Source: a virus
Length of the DNA stretch: 42,774 nt
Strand: one strand, 5' to 3'
Virus record (IMG/VR): IMGVR_UViG_3300031372_000018
Span: 1-42,774 of that record
Numbering within the stretch: the first letter of the stretch is position 1; the number at the start of each line of letters is the position of its first letter. Positions 21,470 through 31,707 of the stretch are shown one piece after another. A program made the translations under genes and the position numbers. The notes beneath the pieces were generated by a model. That model made no database searches. It was given only the letters and a program-made list of their open reading frames with translations, and had not been told where the DNA came from.

Positions 21470-23425
21470 ATGGCCTTGCTAGACGAGCTAGTAATAAGGG
21501 TTATTGTAGACGCCAGCGGCGCCCAGCGATCCATAGACGCGACCACGAAGAAAACTGATGATCTAGCAGAAGCGGCTGCAAATGCTGCCAAATCTATTGA
21601 TGAACAAGTAAAAGCTCTTGAATTGCAAGCCAATACGTTAGGGCTGTCTAGAAAAGAGGCCACTCTATACAAATTAGCTCAAGAGGGTGCTACTAAATCA
21701 GATCTAGATAGGGCGAGGGCAGCCCTTGAGACAGCCGAGGCATTTGACGATCAGACATCATCTCTAAAGAAAGTCGGAGAAGAGTCTGTATCAACTGGAA
21801 ACGCTTTCGCTGGATTTGCTGCAAAGGCCCTGGGCGCCCTCACCGCCGCCCTGTCCGTGGGCAACGCCATATCTGGAGCCGTAGAAAGGGCTGCGAATAT
21901 CACAGCCCTAGCGCAGACCTCTGAAGCTCTGGATGTTGCCATTGAGGACTTGGACGCATTCGGCAGAGCAGCCGTTGCTTCTGGTGGTGATGCGCAAGGC
22001 GCAATGGATACCCTGTTCGACGTTTCCGAAAAGGTCGGCGAGGCATTTGCGGATACTGAGTCGCAAGCTTACAAGTCATTCAAAGCCATAGGCGTGGCTG
22101 TCAAGGATGCCAATGGCAACGCTAGGACTTCCCTGGATACGTTTTTAGAGTTATCTAAAGCATTCGAGGGCATGTCTAGGTCAGAAGCAGTCTTCAAAAT
22201 CAAAGAGTTAGGGATCACAGACAATAAAAGTGTTGAGATGATCCTGAAGGGCCGTAAAGAAGTTGAGCGTCTGATCTCAGTTCAGAAGGAGCAGGGAGTC
22301 GTCACGAAGGAATCTGCCGAGCGTGCGGTGGCGTTTCATGACGCCATGATCGCTTTGCGCGGATCCGTCAGTAACGCATCAAATTCATTTTTTGACTCGA
22401 TCATTCCCGCACTCACCAAGGTAGTCGAGTGGCTGACCAAGGTTGTCGACTGGGCCGGAGAGCACAAGGACTTCATCGTGGGGTTCTTCGTCGCCATCGC
22501 AAGCGTTGTTGCTGGTGTCTACCTTCCAGCAATGATTGCCGCTGCTACAGCCACCATTGCTGCGACTTGGCCGCTGATCGCCATGGGCGTTGCAATTGCC
22601 GCAGCCGCCGCTGCATTCGCGCTCATCTATGAAGACGTCATGAACTTCATTGACGGGAATGACTCGCTCATCGGCCAGATATTCGAAAAGTATCCGCTGA
22701 TTGAGCAAATCGTAATGTCGCTGGCTAACATCTTCCGCGACACCTTTCAGACAATCATGACGGGCGCCTCGCAGGCTGGCGACTTCATATCGACCGCGTT
22801 CAGTCATATCGTCCAGGCAATCAAGTTCTGCATTGAGTATCTGGTAGAGGCATACGGATCGGTTTCGGCTTTCGTCAGCGGATCAATGGGCTCCTTTGAG
22901 AGTTTGCGAGAGGGGGTGAAATCCATCTTCGCCGTGATAGTTGCTACCATTCGCGGCGCGCTTTCCTCGGTCACCGGAGCGATCGACAGTATTGGGTCGG
23001 CGATCAAGAGCGCTGCGGGCGTGGTAGGGATCAAGATTGGAGTGGATGACCCTGCACCGCAGAAGCCTCGCGTGATGCCTCCGGGTAGCGGTCAGACGGC
23101 CAGTGACGTGCCAATGATAGATGCTGCAGGTCAGCCGTATGCGCCAAATGCTCAATCTATTCAGTCGCCAGCGGCCACTATAGCCGCCATGGAGTCCGGA
23201 AACAGACAGCTGACTGCCGCCCAGGCATCCCCACTCAACGCAGTCACAAGCAGCGCAATCAGCAACACCACCAACCGGACGAGCGAGACCAGCGTCAACG
23301 TCGAGCGAGTCGAAGTGAACACCCAGGCAACTGATGCGCCCGCCATCAGCCGCGACATCGGCAGCAGCCTGAGCGACCAGCTGCGCAACCTGAACCATGA
23401 ATCAGCCACGGGAGTTGAGCGCTGA
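21470..23425 (+). CDS. Tape measure protein
   Basis: 651 aa from ATG 21470 (the track ORF starts earlier). It is long and helical, with a central hydrophobic block (FIVGFFVAIASVVAGVYLPAMIAAATATIAATWPLIAMGVAIAAAAAAFALIY). Confidence 0.85.
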   Translation: MALLDELVIRVIVDASGAQRSIDATTKKTDDLAEAAANAAKSIDEQVKALELQANTLGLSRKEATLYKLAQEGATKSDLDRARAALETAEAFDDQTSSLKKVGEESVSTGNAFAGFAAKALGALTAALSVGNAISGAVERAANITALAQTSEALDVAIEDLDAFGRAAVASGGDAQGAMDTLFDVSEKVGEAFADTESQAYKSFKAIGVAVKDANGNARTSLDTFLELSKAFEGMSRSEAVFKIKELGITDNKSVEMILKGRKEVERLISVQKEQGVVTKESAERAVAFHDAMIALRGSVSNASNSFFDSIIPALTKVVEWLTKVVDWAGEHKDFIVGFFVAIASVVAGVYLPAMIAAATATIAATWPLIAMGVAIAAAAAAFALIYEDVMNFIDGNDSLIGQIFEKYPLIEQIVMSLANIFRDTFQTIMTGASQAGDFISTAFSHIVQAIKFCIEYLVEAYGSVSAFVSGSMGSFESLREGVKSIFAVIVATIRGALSSVTGAIDSIGSAIKSAAGVVGIKIGVDDPAPQKPRVMPPGSGQTASDVPMIDAAGQPYAPNAQSIQSPAATIAAMESGNRQLTAAQASPLNAVTSSAISNTTNRTSETSVNVERVEVNTQATDAPAISRDIGSSLSDQLRNLNHESATGVER

Positions 23426-23961
23426 TGGAATACTTCGTCCCGGTCAATATTCTTGATAGCGGCAATTTCAAGATCCTGTTCGCCTCGATTCAGCCGATGC
23501 GGATTTCTGTCAGAGAGGAGAAAAAGGCGACCAGCTTTCAAGTCGAGGATGGCAGCGAGCGAAGCGACCATATCGTTGAGTCTGCCAAAGAAATTGCCAT
23601 GGACTTGGTTATGGAGGGACCAGATGCCCGGTTGATGTACAGCCAAATCCTGCAGGCCTGGAAAGACAATACCCTAGTAATCGTTCAGACCAAGGTCAAC
23701 AGCTATCAAAGCATGCTCATTGAGTCTATTCCCCACGATGAGGCGCCTGAGTTCGGTGGTGGTATATCGATGCCGATCCGACTCAAGGAGTGGCGGTCTG
23801 TTACGCCCCAGTATGGAAGCCTGCCGCCGAACAAGGTCAAGACCGCAAAGCAGACTGACACCGTGAAGTCAGGCCAGAAGCAAAGCGCCAAGACTTCCTC
23901 GACCGGCAGCACGGCGCCAACGCAGCGCAAGGCCAGTATCCTCTACGGAGTATTCAACTGA
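23425..23961 (+). CDS. Tail/baseplate assembly protein, function unknown (178 aa)
   Basis: TGATG coupling to the tape measure gene. Confidence 0.6.
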   Translation: MEYFVPVNILDSGNFKILFASIQPMRISVREEKKATSFQVEDGSERSDHIVESAKEIAMDLVMEGPDARLMYSQILQAWKDNTLVIVQTKVNSYQSMLIESIPHDEAPEFGGGISMPIRLKEWRSVTPQYGSLPPNKVKTAKQTDTVKSGQKQSAKTSSTGSTAPTQRKASILYGVFN

Positions 23962-24353
23962 TGGACCTGATCGAACTGGCGCAGGTGCCCAACCAGTCGT
24001 TCAGCGTTACGCTTGAGGGTGTGCGCTGGGATATCACTATAAAGCAAGCTCGCGAGGTAATGGTTGTCGACTTGGTTCGCGACTCGATAGAGATCCTTCG
24101 AGGACAGCGGATTGTCGCTGGTACGCCAATAATCCCCTACCGCCATTTACAGGGTGACGGAAACTTTCTTCTGCTCACAGATGGCGATGAGTTACCCAAT
24201 TGGGAGCGATTTGAGGTTGACCAACAGTTGATCTACGCCACCGCCGCAGAGATAGCCGCGATACCTGCCGAGGCGCTACAATGGCCCATCCTTGCCGCCT
24301 ACCAATCTAATCAGTTGGTGATCAACAATCTGATCATCAGCCTGGGGAATTAA
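23961..24353 (+). CDS. Tail/baseplate protein, function unknown (130 aa)
   Basis: TGATG coupling. Confidence 0.6.
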   Translation: MDLIELAQVPNQSFSVTLEGVRWDITIKQAREVMVVDLVRDSIEILRGQRIVAGTPIIPYRHLQGDGNFLLLTDGDELPNWERFEVDQQLIYATAAEIAAIPAEALQWPILAAYQSNQLVINNLIISLGN

Positions 24354-26372
24354 ATGGAAGTCAAAAATTATTTTGCCACAGATGCCAGCGGTAACATCCT
24401 TGGTGGCGCGCAGGTTTTCCTATACCTGGCAGGCACCGCGACGCTTGCTACCGGAATTCAGAACATCAGTGGCGCGGCGCTTAGTAACCCATTCACCGCA
24501 CAATCCAATGGGCTTGTCCAGTTCCAGGCGCCAGATAATAATTATGACATGCGCGTAGTCAAGCTTGGACGTGACTTCACCATTCGCATCCAATGTTTTG
24601 ATGGCATCGCGTTCCTGTCCGGCCAGCCTGATCGCTTGGCGGCCCTTGAGCGTGTCAGCAACGTCTATCAGTTCTCGGACTTCCAGGTACTCCAAGATGG
24701 CAAGCTGAAGAAGGCAAATATCTCCGACGTGGCCGAGACTGCTAGCCTTCGCAGATTTGGTGCGATCGGGGACGGCGCCAGCCACCCTCTAAGCGAACGC
24801 TTTAGCACACTGGCAGCAGCTCAAGCTGTCTACCCTCGCGCAACCGCACTGACTGACGAGATCGACTGGTGTGCCACCTGGGCTGCCATCGACAGTGGCA
24901 TCAAGGTTATTCAGCCTGGCGAAGGCAAGTTCTTCATGGGCTCCAAGGGCGGACACCTTGTTAAAAACAAGAGCAAGGCGTTTTACGGCAATGGCGGCCA
25001 ACTTACGGAGTTCATTTATGGTGGCCAGGGTGATGGGCTAAGGTTTGAACAGAATGCGGCATATGACTCTCACTGTGTTGGCGTTTTCATTTCTACGACA
25101 TTACTAAACACCGGTCGAGGTTTGAGCGCCAGTTATGCAGGCTTCCAGGGAATTTATGAGCGCAACAAACGCTACCAGGTTTTCGCGATGGGTCGGTGCT
25201 CCGGCCAAGACTACTTCCAGCACGGCTGGAAAATTAACATGGAGCTTGATGAGGTAACGCTCCCGCTATTGAAAGACTTCGTTCTTATAGGGCGGAGAGA
25301 CCTGTCTCAGGCGGCATCAACTGCGGCTCATTGGTGGCCATGGACGCTTCATAATTTCAACTACACATCATCTACAGGCTTGGAGCCCACCGATGGTCTG
25401 TTTGACAACGTGCTGAGCAACTACAGCCAGTACTCATTCAATGTTCGCGGCACGCTTGAAGGGATGCGGTTCCACAAGGTGATCAGTGTTGCCTGCCAGT
25501 GGGGCATCTACAACGATATGCGTGCGGTCACGGGCGATCCCACTATCAATCCGTGGCTAAACGTAACAAATAGTCATTTCAACTGCTCGGCTGGCGGAAT
25601 CTATTCAACCTACTGCTACGAAGGGTGGATCAACAAAAACCTCCTGTACAAGTTCGATCAGGTCGACGAAAACTATGTCGGCATAACTACCAGCTTCGGC
25701 AACAACTGGAAAGTTAGCGGCAACCATGTCAACGGCATTGCTGGCAGCACCGGTACGGCCCGCTTCATGACCTGCCGACAAAACAACGACTCCAAGATCC
25801 ATGACAACCACGGGAACTTCCTTGATGAGGGCGTAGTAGTTGATGGCACTGGCGGTATCATTGGCGTAGAGATCTACAACAACAAGTTCAAGGGCCGTGA
25901 CGGTAAAGAGATCACGCAAGCTAAATATATCAACGGCGCCGACAAGCTCAAGAATCCAGCAACGATTCAGGGCGGCATCATCGCCGAGGGTTCGAATACG
26001 GAAACCGTTGCCATCGCCTCTGGCGGAATCGCTACTGTGGCAAGCTTCGGCTTGGACGACTACCCGGTCGGTTCAGTGTTCCGATTCTACGGTAACTGCC
26101 AGGTCATGAAGGGCGGCACTGCTGGCACCACCAAGCTTTATCTTGAAAAGACGGCAGGCGCGGGCAACGTTGTTTATATGGCGTCGGCAACCGGCATAGG
26201 CGTGCAAAATGACTCGCATACGCCAGGCGTTAACTGGCAGGCGAATCTCGTCGCGATCATCAAGAAGACTGTAGCGGGTCCGATCAATATCAAGTTCGCG
26301 GTATCAAGCGGAGGTTCCAACGCATCCGTAGCGATCGGTGATGGTCAGTTTGTAGTCGAGAGGATGGGCTGA
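24354..26372 (+). CDS. Beta-helix tailspike / depolymerase-like protein
   Basis: 672 aa. FGAIGDGASHPLSERFSTLAAAQAVYP resembles the pectate-lyase-3 type motif FGAxGDG. Asn/Gly-rich short repeats follow. Confidence 0.6.
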   Translation: MEVKNYFATDASGNILGGAQVFLYLAGTATLATGIQNISGAALSNPFTAQSNGLVQFQAPDNNYDMRVVKLGRDFTIRIQCFDGIAFLSGQPDRLAALERVSNVYQFSDFQVLQDGKLKKANISDVAETASLRRFGAIGDGASHPLSERFSTLAAAQAVYPRATALTDEIDWCATWAAIDSGIKVIQPGEGKFFMGSKGGHLVKNKSKAFYGNGGQLTEFIYGGQGDGLRFEQNAAYDSHCVGVFISTTLLNTGRGLSASYAGFQGIYERNKRYQVFAMGRCSGQDYFQHGWKINMELDEVTLPLLKDFVLIGRRDLSQAASTAAHWWPWTLHNFNYTSSTGLEPTDGLFDNVLSNYSQYSFNVRGTLEGMRFHKVISVACQWGIYNDMRAVTGDPTINPWLNVTNSHFNCSAGGIYSTYCYEGWINKNLLYKFDQVDENYVGITTSFGNNWKVSGNHVNGIAGSTGTARFMTCRQNNDSKIHDNHGNFLDEGVVVDGTGGIIGVEIYNNKFKGRDGKEITQAKYINGADKLKNPATIQGGIIAEGSNTETVAIASGGIATVASFGLDDYPVGSVFRFYGNCQVMKGGTAGTTKLYLEKTAGAGNVVYMASATGIGVQNDSHTPGVNWQANLVAIIKKTVAGPINIKFAVSSGGSNASVAIGDGQFVVERMG

Positions 26373-27226
26373 TGACAGCCCCTGACCTGCGCCGCATCCG
26401 CATAGGCATCGAGGTCTCCGGCCAAATCAGTTGGTACGAGGGACTTCGCGTGCGAGCGACCGGCACCAAGTACGCCAATCCTCTGCAGAACGAATGCCAG
26501 GTTACCATCAGCGGCCTTAAGGCTGCTGTGCGCGATTACATCCTGACGGAGACCAGTCCCTACAATGAAAACCGTACACCTAAGCGGCTGATTGTGGAGG
26601 CTGGCAGGGTGTCGACTGGCCTATTCCGCCTGTTCATTGGCGACATTGTGAGTGCGGATCCGTCCAGCCCTCCCGACGTAGAGATAACCATCAAGGCAAA
26701 AACCCAAAGCGTTCAGTCTGGCAATATAGTTGCTATCGGCGCGGGCGCGCTATCGAAGCTTTCCGGAATTTCGCAGCGCGTAGCAGACGAGATCGGCATT
26801 GGGCTAGCGTTCCAGGCAATGGATAAGAACATCGCCAACTTCGCTTTTTCAGGTGCCGCGATCAAGCTGGTCAACAAGCTGCAGGAGATGGGCGGAGTCA
26901 GAGCATTTATCGATGATGACTCACTGATAGTAAAAGACTATGATAAGGCATTCACAGGCCGCACAAAGATCGTCAGCCAGGAAACCGGCATGGTCGGCGT
27001 GCCGAAAGCCACAGAGAAGGGTGTAGACGTCACCTTCCTGATCGACACGGAGTCACTGCTGGGTGGCACCCTGACTCTGCGTAGCAAGTTCAACAAAGCG
27101 CTGAGCGGCGACTATGTGATCGATCAGCTCAAGTTCGACATAGCAAGCCACGACGACCCCTTCTTCTATACGGCGACTTGCACACGATATGGTTACCCGA
27201 AGCTCACTCCAAAGACCAAACAGTGA
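26372..27226 (+). CDS. Baseplate hub-like protein (by position)
   Basis: 284 aa, TGATG coupling, upstream of the spike gene. Confidence 0.45.
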   Translation: MTAPDLRRIRIGIEVSGQISWYEGLRVRATGTKYANPLQNECQVTISGLKAAVRDYILTETSPYNENRTPKRLIVEAGRVSTGLFRLFIGDIVSADPSSPPDVEITIKAKTQSVQSGNIVAIGAGALSKLSGISQRVADEIGIGLAFQAMDKNIANFAFSGAAIKLVNKLQEMGGVRAFIDDDSLIVKDYDKAFTGRTKIVSQETGMVGVPKATEKGVDVTFLIDTESLLGGTLTLRSKFNKALSGDYVIDQLKFDIASHDDPFFYTATCTRYGYPKLTPKTKQ

Positions 27227-27875
27227 CACCGCCAACGAAGACTCGTTGCCAGGCGGCATAAGCGCGGCTATCCGATCATTCCTGCTCAACGAATTCGAGG
27301 GGATGCTTCCTGCGACCGTTGTTAGCTATGACGATGCAACGAATCGTGCGGTTCTAAAGCCGCTCGTGATGATGGGCACTACTGACGGCACGAAGATATC
27401 CCGAGCCCAAGTGGCCAATATTCCGGTCTACAGATTTGGCGGCGGCGGTTTCTTCATGCGCTTCCCGATCAAGCCTGGCGACTTCGGCTGGATCAAGGCG
27501 AACGACCGCGATATCTCTCTTGTGTTTCAGCGCGGAGGCCTTGAGGATTGGCCGAACACCACTCGTCTTCATCAGTTCAGCGATGCCATGTTCTTTCCGG
27601 ATACCTTCAAACAATGGGTCATCAATGGAGAGAATGCTGACAAAGCTGTCTGGCAGTCCATGGATGGCAGCAAATGCATTGCGCTCGGCGATGATGGCAT
27701 CAAGCTGTCCGTTGGGGATGTGAGCATCGAGCTAACCGCTGCTGGCGTAGACATCGTCAGCCCGCCAGGAACGCTGCGTCACAACGGCATCAACGTAGGC
27801 GATACTCACCAGCACGAAGGACCTCCTACTGCGCCGCTAGGCCCAATCAGCCCAACAGGATTCCCACTGCCATGA
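27189..27875 (+). CDS. Baseplate central spike (Mu gp45 / Gp138 N-terminal domain-like)
   Basis: 228 aa, with VVSYDDATNRAVLKPLV ... IPVYRFGGGGFFMRFPIKPGDFGWI as recalled for gpV/gp45-type spikes. The start is uncertain: ATG 27189 overlaps the upstream gene by 38 nt. Confidence 0.55.
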   Translation: MVTRSSLQRPNSDTANEDSLPGGISAAIRSFLLNEFEGMLPATVVSYDDATNRAVLKPLVMMGTTDGTKISRAQVANIPVYRFGGGGFFMRFPIKPGDFGWIKANDRDISLVFQRGGLEDWPNTTRLHQFSDAMFFPDTFKQWVINGENADKAVWQSMDGSKCIALGDDGIKLSVGDVSIELTAAGVDIVSPPGTLRHNGINVGDTHQHEGPPTAPLGPISPTGFPLP

Positions 27876-28216
27876 AAACGCTAGGCACCGATATCGACAA
27901 TGACATCTACCTGGGTGCGGATGGCAATATAGCCATCATCTCGGCGCTGCCTGCAGCGAGCCAGACCGCTGAGCATTATGGCAAGACCTTGCGCATGGAG
28001 ATGATTCAGGAGTACGACCTAGGTATACCCTTTTTCATCACTGCCTTCGGCGCCGAAGCCTCCATTCCGCAGTTTGAAGCAGCCATGCGCGAACGCATCC
28101 TACAAACGCCGGAAGTGCTCAGCATTACGTCATTCGAGACCACACAAGACGGCGAAGTTTTGAGGTACACTGCAACCATAGAAACTAGCTATGGGCAGAC
28201 CACTATCAATGGTTGA
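27872..28216 (+). CDS. Baseplate wedge protein (gp25/W-like)
   Basis: 114 aa, ATGA coupling, located between the spike and the J-like gene. Confidence 0.5.
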   Translation: MKTLGTDIDNDIYLGADGNIAIISALPAASQTAEHYGKTLRMEMIQEYDLGIPFFITAFGAEASIPQFEAAMRERILQTPEVLSITSFETTQDGEVLRYTATIETSYGQTTING

Positions 28217-29399
28217 CTTCAATTACATCGTCCCGACAGGCGTTATCGTACCTGACACGTCAGAGCTTCGCGCCGATGTTGAGGGTGAGTGGAAGTCAGC
28301 TTTCGGCCAAGATCTCGTCGTCACATCAGAAACGCCTCAGGGTGTGATGATCACTGCAGAGGTCGAATCCCGCGATGCTACGGTCAGGAACAATGCCGAG
28401 CTTGCGAACCAGATCAACCCGGACATCGCAGGCGGGATTTTCCTTGACGCCATCTGGCGCTTGACTATAGGCAACCGTCGCCCGGCTACGCGATCTACGA
28501 TGACCGGCGTGGAGTTTCGCGGCATTCCTAGCACCATCATCCCGGCTGGCTCTTATGCAACGGTAGAGGCCACTGGAGCGCAGTTTCAGACGCTAATCGA
28601 TCTGGTCATAGGCAGTGATGGCCTGGTGATCGGGGATATGCTCTCCGAGGATGCAGGGCCCATTGCTGCGCCTATAGGCGGACTCAATCAGGTCGCATCC
28701 AGCGTGCTTGGCTGGGAGCAGGTTTACAACCCAATCGCCGCTGTCCCTGGCTCCCTGGTTGAGTCTGACGTCGCCTCTCGCCGCAGACGCAGGCAGACGC
28801 TCGCACTGCAGTCAGTCTCTCTGCCAGAGGCGATCACCTCCAGACTCTACAACATCGACGGTGTTCGATCGCTGTCCTTTCGCGAGAACAGGACCAGTGA
28901 CAACATGGTGATTGACGGCATAACCCTGTTACCGCACAGCATCTATGTATGTATCGAAGGCGGGACCGACACTGAGGTGGCCACTGCACTTCTGAACTCG
29001 AAAGGTGGTGGCGCGAACTGGAACGGCTCCATTGCTGTCGGGATCATAGAGCCCTTCAGTAAGCAGTCATACACGGTAAGGTTTGATCGCCCCATAGAGC
29101 GCCAGTACTTTGCCCGCATCACTGTACGCAGCACGAGCCTGGACGCACAGACGATCATTCCGGCTGCCATTGCGGCCTATACGGCAGGGGAGCTTGATGG
29201 TGACACTGGGCTAGTTATCGGCGCCGATGTGTCGCCATTCGAGCTATCCGGCGCTATCAACGAGGTCGAGCCGCGCATCTTCGTGGCCAAGGTCGAGATA
29301 TCGACTGATGGCGTGAGCTGGTCTAGCAACGTCTCGCCAGTAGCCATAAACGAGGTTTCCAGGCTGCCAGAGAGCGCGATTCAGGTAGTCATTATATGA
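28209..29399 (+). CDS. Baseplate J-like protein
   Basis: 396 aa from ATG 28209. Size and position are typical of gpJ/gp47. Confidence 0.65.
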   Translation: MVDFNYIVPTGVIVPDTSELRADVEGEWKSAFGQDLVVTSETPQGVMITAEVESRDATVRNNAELANQINPDIAGGIFLDAIWRLTIGNRRPATRSTMTGVEFRGIPSTIIPAGSYATVEATGAQFQTLIDLVIGSDGLVIGDMLSEDAGPIAAPIGGLNQVASSVLGWEQVYNPIAAVPGSLVESDVASRRRRRQTLALQSVSLPEAITSRLYNIDGVRSLSFRENRTSDNMVIDGITLLPHSIYVCIEGGTDTEVATALLNSKGGGANWNGSIAVGIIEPFSKQSYTVRFDRPIERQYFARITVRSTSLDAQTIIPAAIAAYTAGELDGDTGLVIGADVSPFELSGAINEVEPRIFVAKVEISTDGVSWSSNVSPVAINEVSRLPESAIQVVII

Positions 29400-30049
29400 G
29401 TACTGTCCAACAGATAGACTCAAGCGTCGACCTGCTCGCAGCCATCCTGTGGCAATACGAGGAGTCCGGCAAGCTTAAGTCGATCATCCAGCAAAAGCAG
29501 GACTGGTACACAGCAAACCATTCCGCATTCTGGAGCGCATGGTATCGAGACGTTTTCAATATCGACACAGCCAATCGCTTTGGCCTATCGATCTGGGGGC
29601 GCATCCTCAACATTTCGCTCGGCGTCGAGACCACTCCGCAGGCGAACAAGGTGCCATTTGGTTTCGGCGCCAATAACCGGAATTTCAACAACGGGAACTT
29701 CGGCAGGAATCGGCAGGCCACTCAATCGCTAAGCCTTGAGCAGCAACGCCTTGTGATCAGGATGCGATATTTTCAACTCACCACGCGCGCTACGGTGCCT
29801 GAGATCAACGAATTCCTGGCTGCCATGTTTTCCGATCAGGGCCCGGCTTATGTCGTCGACAATCTCGACATGACCATGACCTACATTTTCGGCTTTGCTC
29901 CTTCGAGCGAACTGCAGTTCATTTTCGAGAACTACGATCTGCTGCCAAGGCCTGCCACGGTTGGCGTATCCTGGCAGTCATTCGATAGAGATTCGTTCGG
30001 GTTCGGCATCGAGAACCTAAACTTCAACAATGGTAATTTCGGAGCCTGA
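29396..30049 (+). CDS. Baseplate/tail protein (DUF2612-like by recall)
   Basis: 217 aa, ATGA coupling, located between the J-like and fibre genes. Confidence 0.5.
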   Translation: MSTVQQIDSSVDLLAAILWQYEESGKLKSIIQQKQDWYTANHSAFWSAWYRDVFNIDTANRFGLSIWGRILNISLGVETTPQANKVPFGFGANNRNFNNGNFGRNRQATQSLSLEQQRLVIRMRYFQLTTRATVPEINEFLAAMFSDQGPAYVVDNLDMTMTYIFGFAPSSELQFIFENYDLLPRPATVGVSWQSFDRDSFGFGIENLNFNNGNFGA

Positions 30050-30050
30050 A

Positions 30051-31049
30051 ATGCCAAGACGCGACTTCAACATTCCCTTCGCGGTTTCCGGTGATACGGC
30101 TTCCGTGCCTACCAACATCCAGTCAGACGGATCGGTCAGCCTAATCCAGGGTTACGGCTTCGACTATGAGCGCCCCACTGATGGCACCGATCCGCTGGCG
30201 AAGGTATTCCCGCGCGACGTGCATAACGGCCTGCTCAATGAGATCACTGCCTCTCTCGGCGAGATCCAACTAAACGGTCGTGCGATCTGGTCTGCGGGCA
30301 TGGCGCCCTACCCTGTAAACGCAGAGGTAAGGCATCAGGACCTGATTTGGCGCAATATCATTGCCAATAACTCTGCCTCTCCAGATTCCAGCAATTCTGG
30401 TTGGGTCGCGACCGGCAGCAAGGGTCAAGCCAGATATACAGCTACCGGATCGTTTAGCTTTACAGTGCCAGCAGGTGTCACGTCTATTTATGTCGATGCT
30501 GCAGCAGGTGGTGGTGGCGGTGGCGGTGGCGCAACCTTCGCGTCCAGTCTCGGTGGTGGTGGTGGCGGTGGCGGCGGCGCAGGCCAATCACTCGTGCGCA
30601 CTCGATACACCGTCACGCCCGGCCAAGTGATCTCCGGCAGCGTCGGCGCTGGTGGTGCAGGTGGCACTCAAAGCTCGGGCGATGGCGCAAATGGATCTGC
30701 TGGCGGTAATACCGTGATCGGATCGCTTGCCACCCTTAACGGAGGGACCGGAGGCCGTGGTGGTATTCGTGCAGGAGGCGGTGCAGGTGGTATCGGCGGA
30801 TCACCTGGCGGGTCTGACGGCGGAGATTCGCGCGGATATGCTGGCGATGGCGGCAGCGGCGGCGGCGGTCCTTTTGGCACAGCTGGCGGTGCAGGCCGCG
30901 CTGGCGGCGGTACAGGCAAGGCCGGATCCGGCTCGGCAGCCTATGGCTACGGTGTTGGCGGGGGCGGTGGCGGCGGCACCTATGCAACCGGCACGATTGG
31001 CGCCAACGGCACCAATGGCATGCCTGGCATCGTGATCATCGAATGGTAA
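30051..31049 (+). CDS. Tail fibre with glycine-rich C-terminal domain
   Basis: 332 aa from ATG 30051. The N-terminal FNIPFAVSGDTASVPTNIQSDGSVSLIQGYGFDY is fibre-like. The C-terminal half is more than 50% Gly and includes G8 and G9 runs. Confidence 0.7.
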   Translation: MPRRDFNIPFAVSGDTASVPTNIQSDGSVSLIQGYGFDYERPTDGTDPLAKVFPRDVHNGLLNEITASLGEIQLNGRAIWSAGMAPYPVNAEVRHQDLIWRNIIANNSASPDSSNSGWVATGSKGQARYTATGSFSFTVPAGVTSIYVDAAAGGGGGGGGATFASSLGGGGGGGGGAGQSLVRTRYTVTPGQVISGSVGAGGAGGTQSSGDGANGSAGGNTVIGSLATLNGGTGGRGGIRAGGGAGGIGGSPGGSDGGDSRGYAGDGGSGGGGPFGTAGGAGRAGGGTGKAGSGSAAYGYGVGGGGGGGTYATGTIGANGTNGMPGIVIIEW

Positions 31050-31051
31050 GC

Positions 31052-31312
31052 ATGAGCCGATCCAACTGCATGAGCATGCTCTGCGTCTCTGTCGCGATCT
31101 GGAATTTCGTCCAGCATCGCGACATCAGCGCGAACATGTACGTCGCTGCGTTCTTCATCATCCAGGGGGCCAGCTATATCCCGAATGAGCCAAGAACGCA
31201 GAATTGGGACCGGATCACTTTAATGTGTACAATCCTGAGTGTGGCAATATGCCTCTTTTCAGCCGTAGGGTTCTTTTCAGGAACCCAGTGGATCAAGCCC
31301 AAGTCATGGTAG
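31052..31312 (+). CDS. Membrane protein, holin candidate (86 aa, about 3 TM)
   Basis: Hydrophobic segments are MLCVSVAIWNFV, MYVAAFFIIQGASYI and LMCTILSVAICLFSAVGFFSG. It is the first gene of the lysis block. Confidence 0.4.
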   Translation: MSRSNCMSMLCVSVAIWNFVQHRDISANMYVAAFFIIQGASYIPNEPRTQNWDRITLMCTILSVAICLFSAVGFFSGTQWIKPKSW

Positions 31313-31320
31313 GAGATAGC

Positions 31321-31707
31321 ATGGCCGATGGAATCACCACCGCCAGCGCTTCATTGCTAGTCGGCGGAACTGGAGTAGGCATCGCCGCGCTATTTCCTGG
31401 AATTGACTTGCAGTCAGTGATAGGGGCGTTCGGCGGTGCCTTTTTCTTCGTGCTCTTCGCCAAGGACATAAGCGCCTGGCAGAGGGTCGGATACCTTGTC
31501 GTCGGCTGGATCGGCGGATACTTCGCCGCAGCCGAGATGATGTCTCAGGCCTGGACAAAAACCTCGGGACTGTCTTCATTCATTGGCGGTCTACTGTGCG
31601 TTGTTGTCTGCATCAGCCTCGTGGAAGCCGTGCAGACCGGCAAGCCGCCAAAGTGGCTGACCTGGATTTTCAGCCGCTTCACGGGCCGAGGAGAAAAAGA
31701 AGCATGA
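31321..31707 (+). CDS. Membrane protein, holin candidate (128 aa, multi-TM)
   Basis: ATG 31321 with a GGAG RBS. There are at least three hydrophobic segments. Confidence 0.45.
   Translation: MADGITTASASLLVGGTGVGIAALFPGIDLQSVIGAFGGAFFFVLFAKDISAWQRVGYLVVGWIGGYFAAAEMMSQAWTKTSGLSSFIGGLLCVVVCISLVEAVQTGKPPKWLTWIFSRFTGRGEKEA

Noticed and set aside
30270-31035. ORFs in alternate frames or on the antisense strand of the Gly-rich fibre region (30270..30587, 30361..30630, 30668..30919, 30727..31035, 30736..30987)
   Set aside because: They are artefacts of the GGN repeat composition, with Pro-rich or Arg-rich products.
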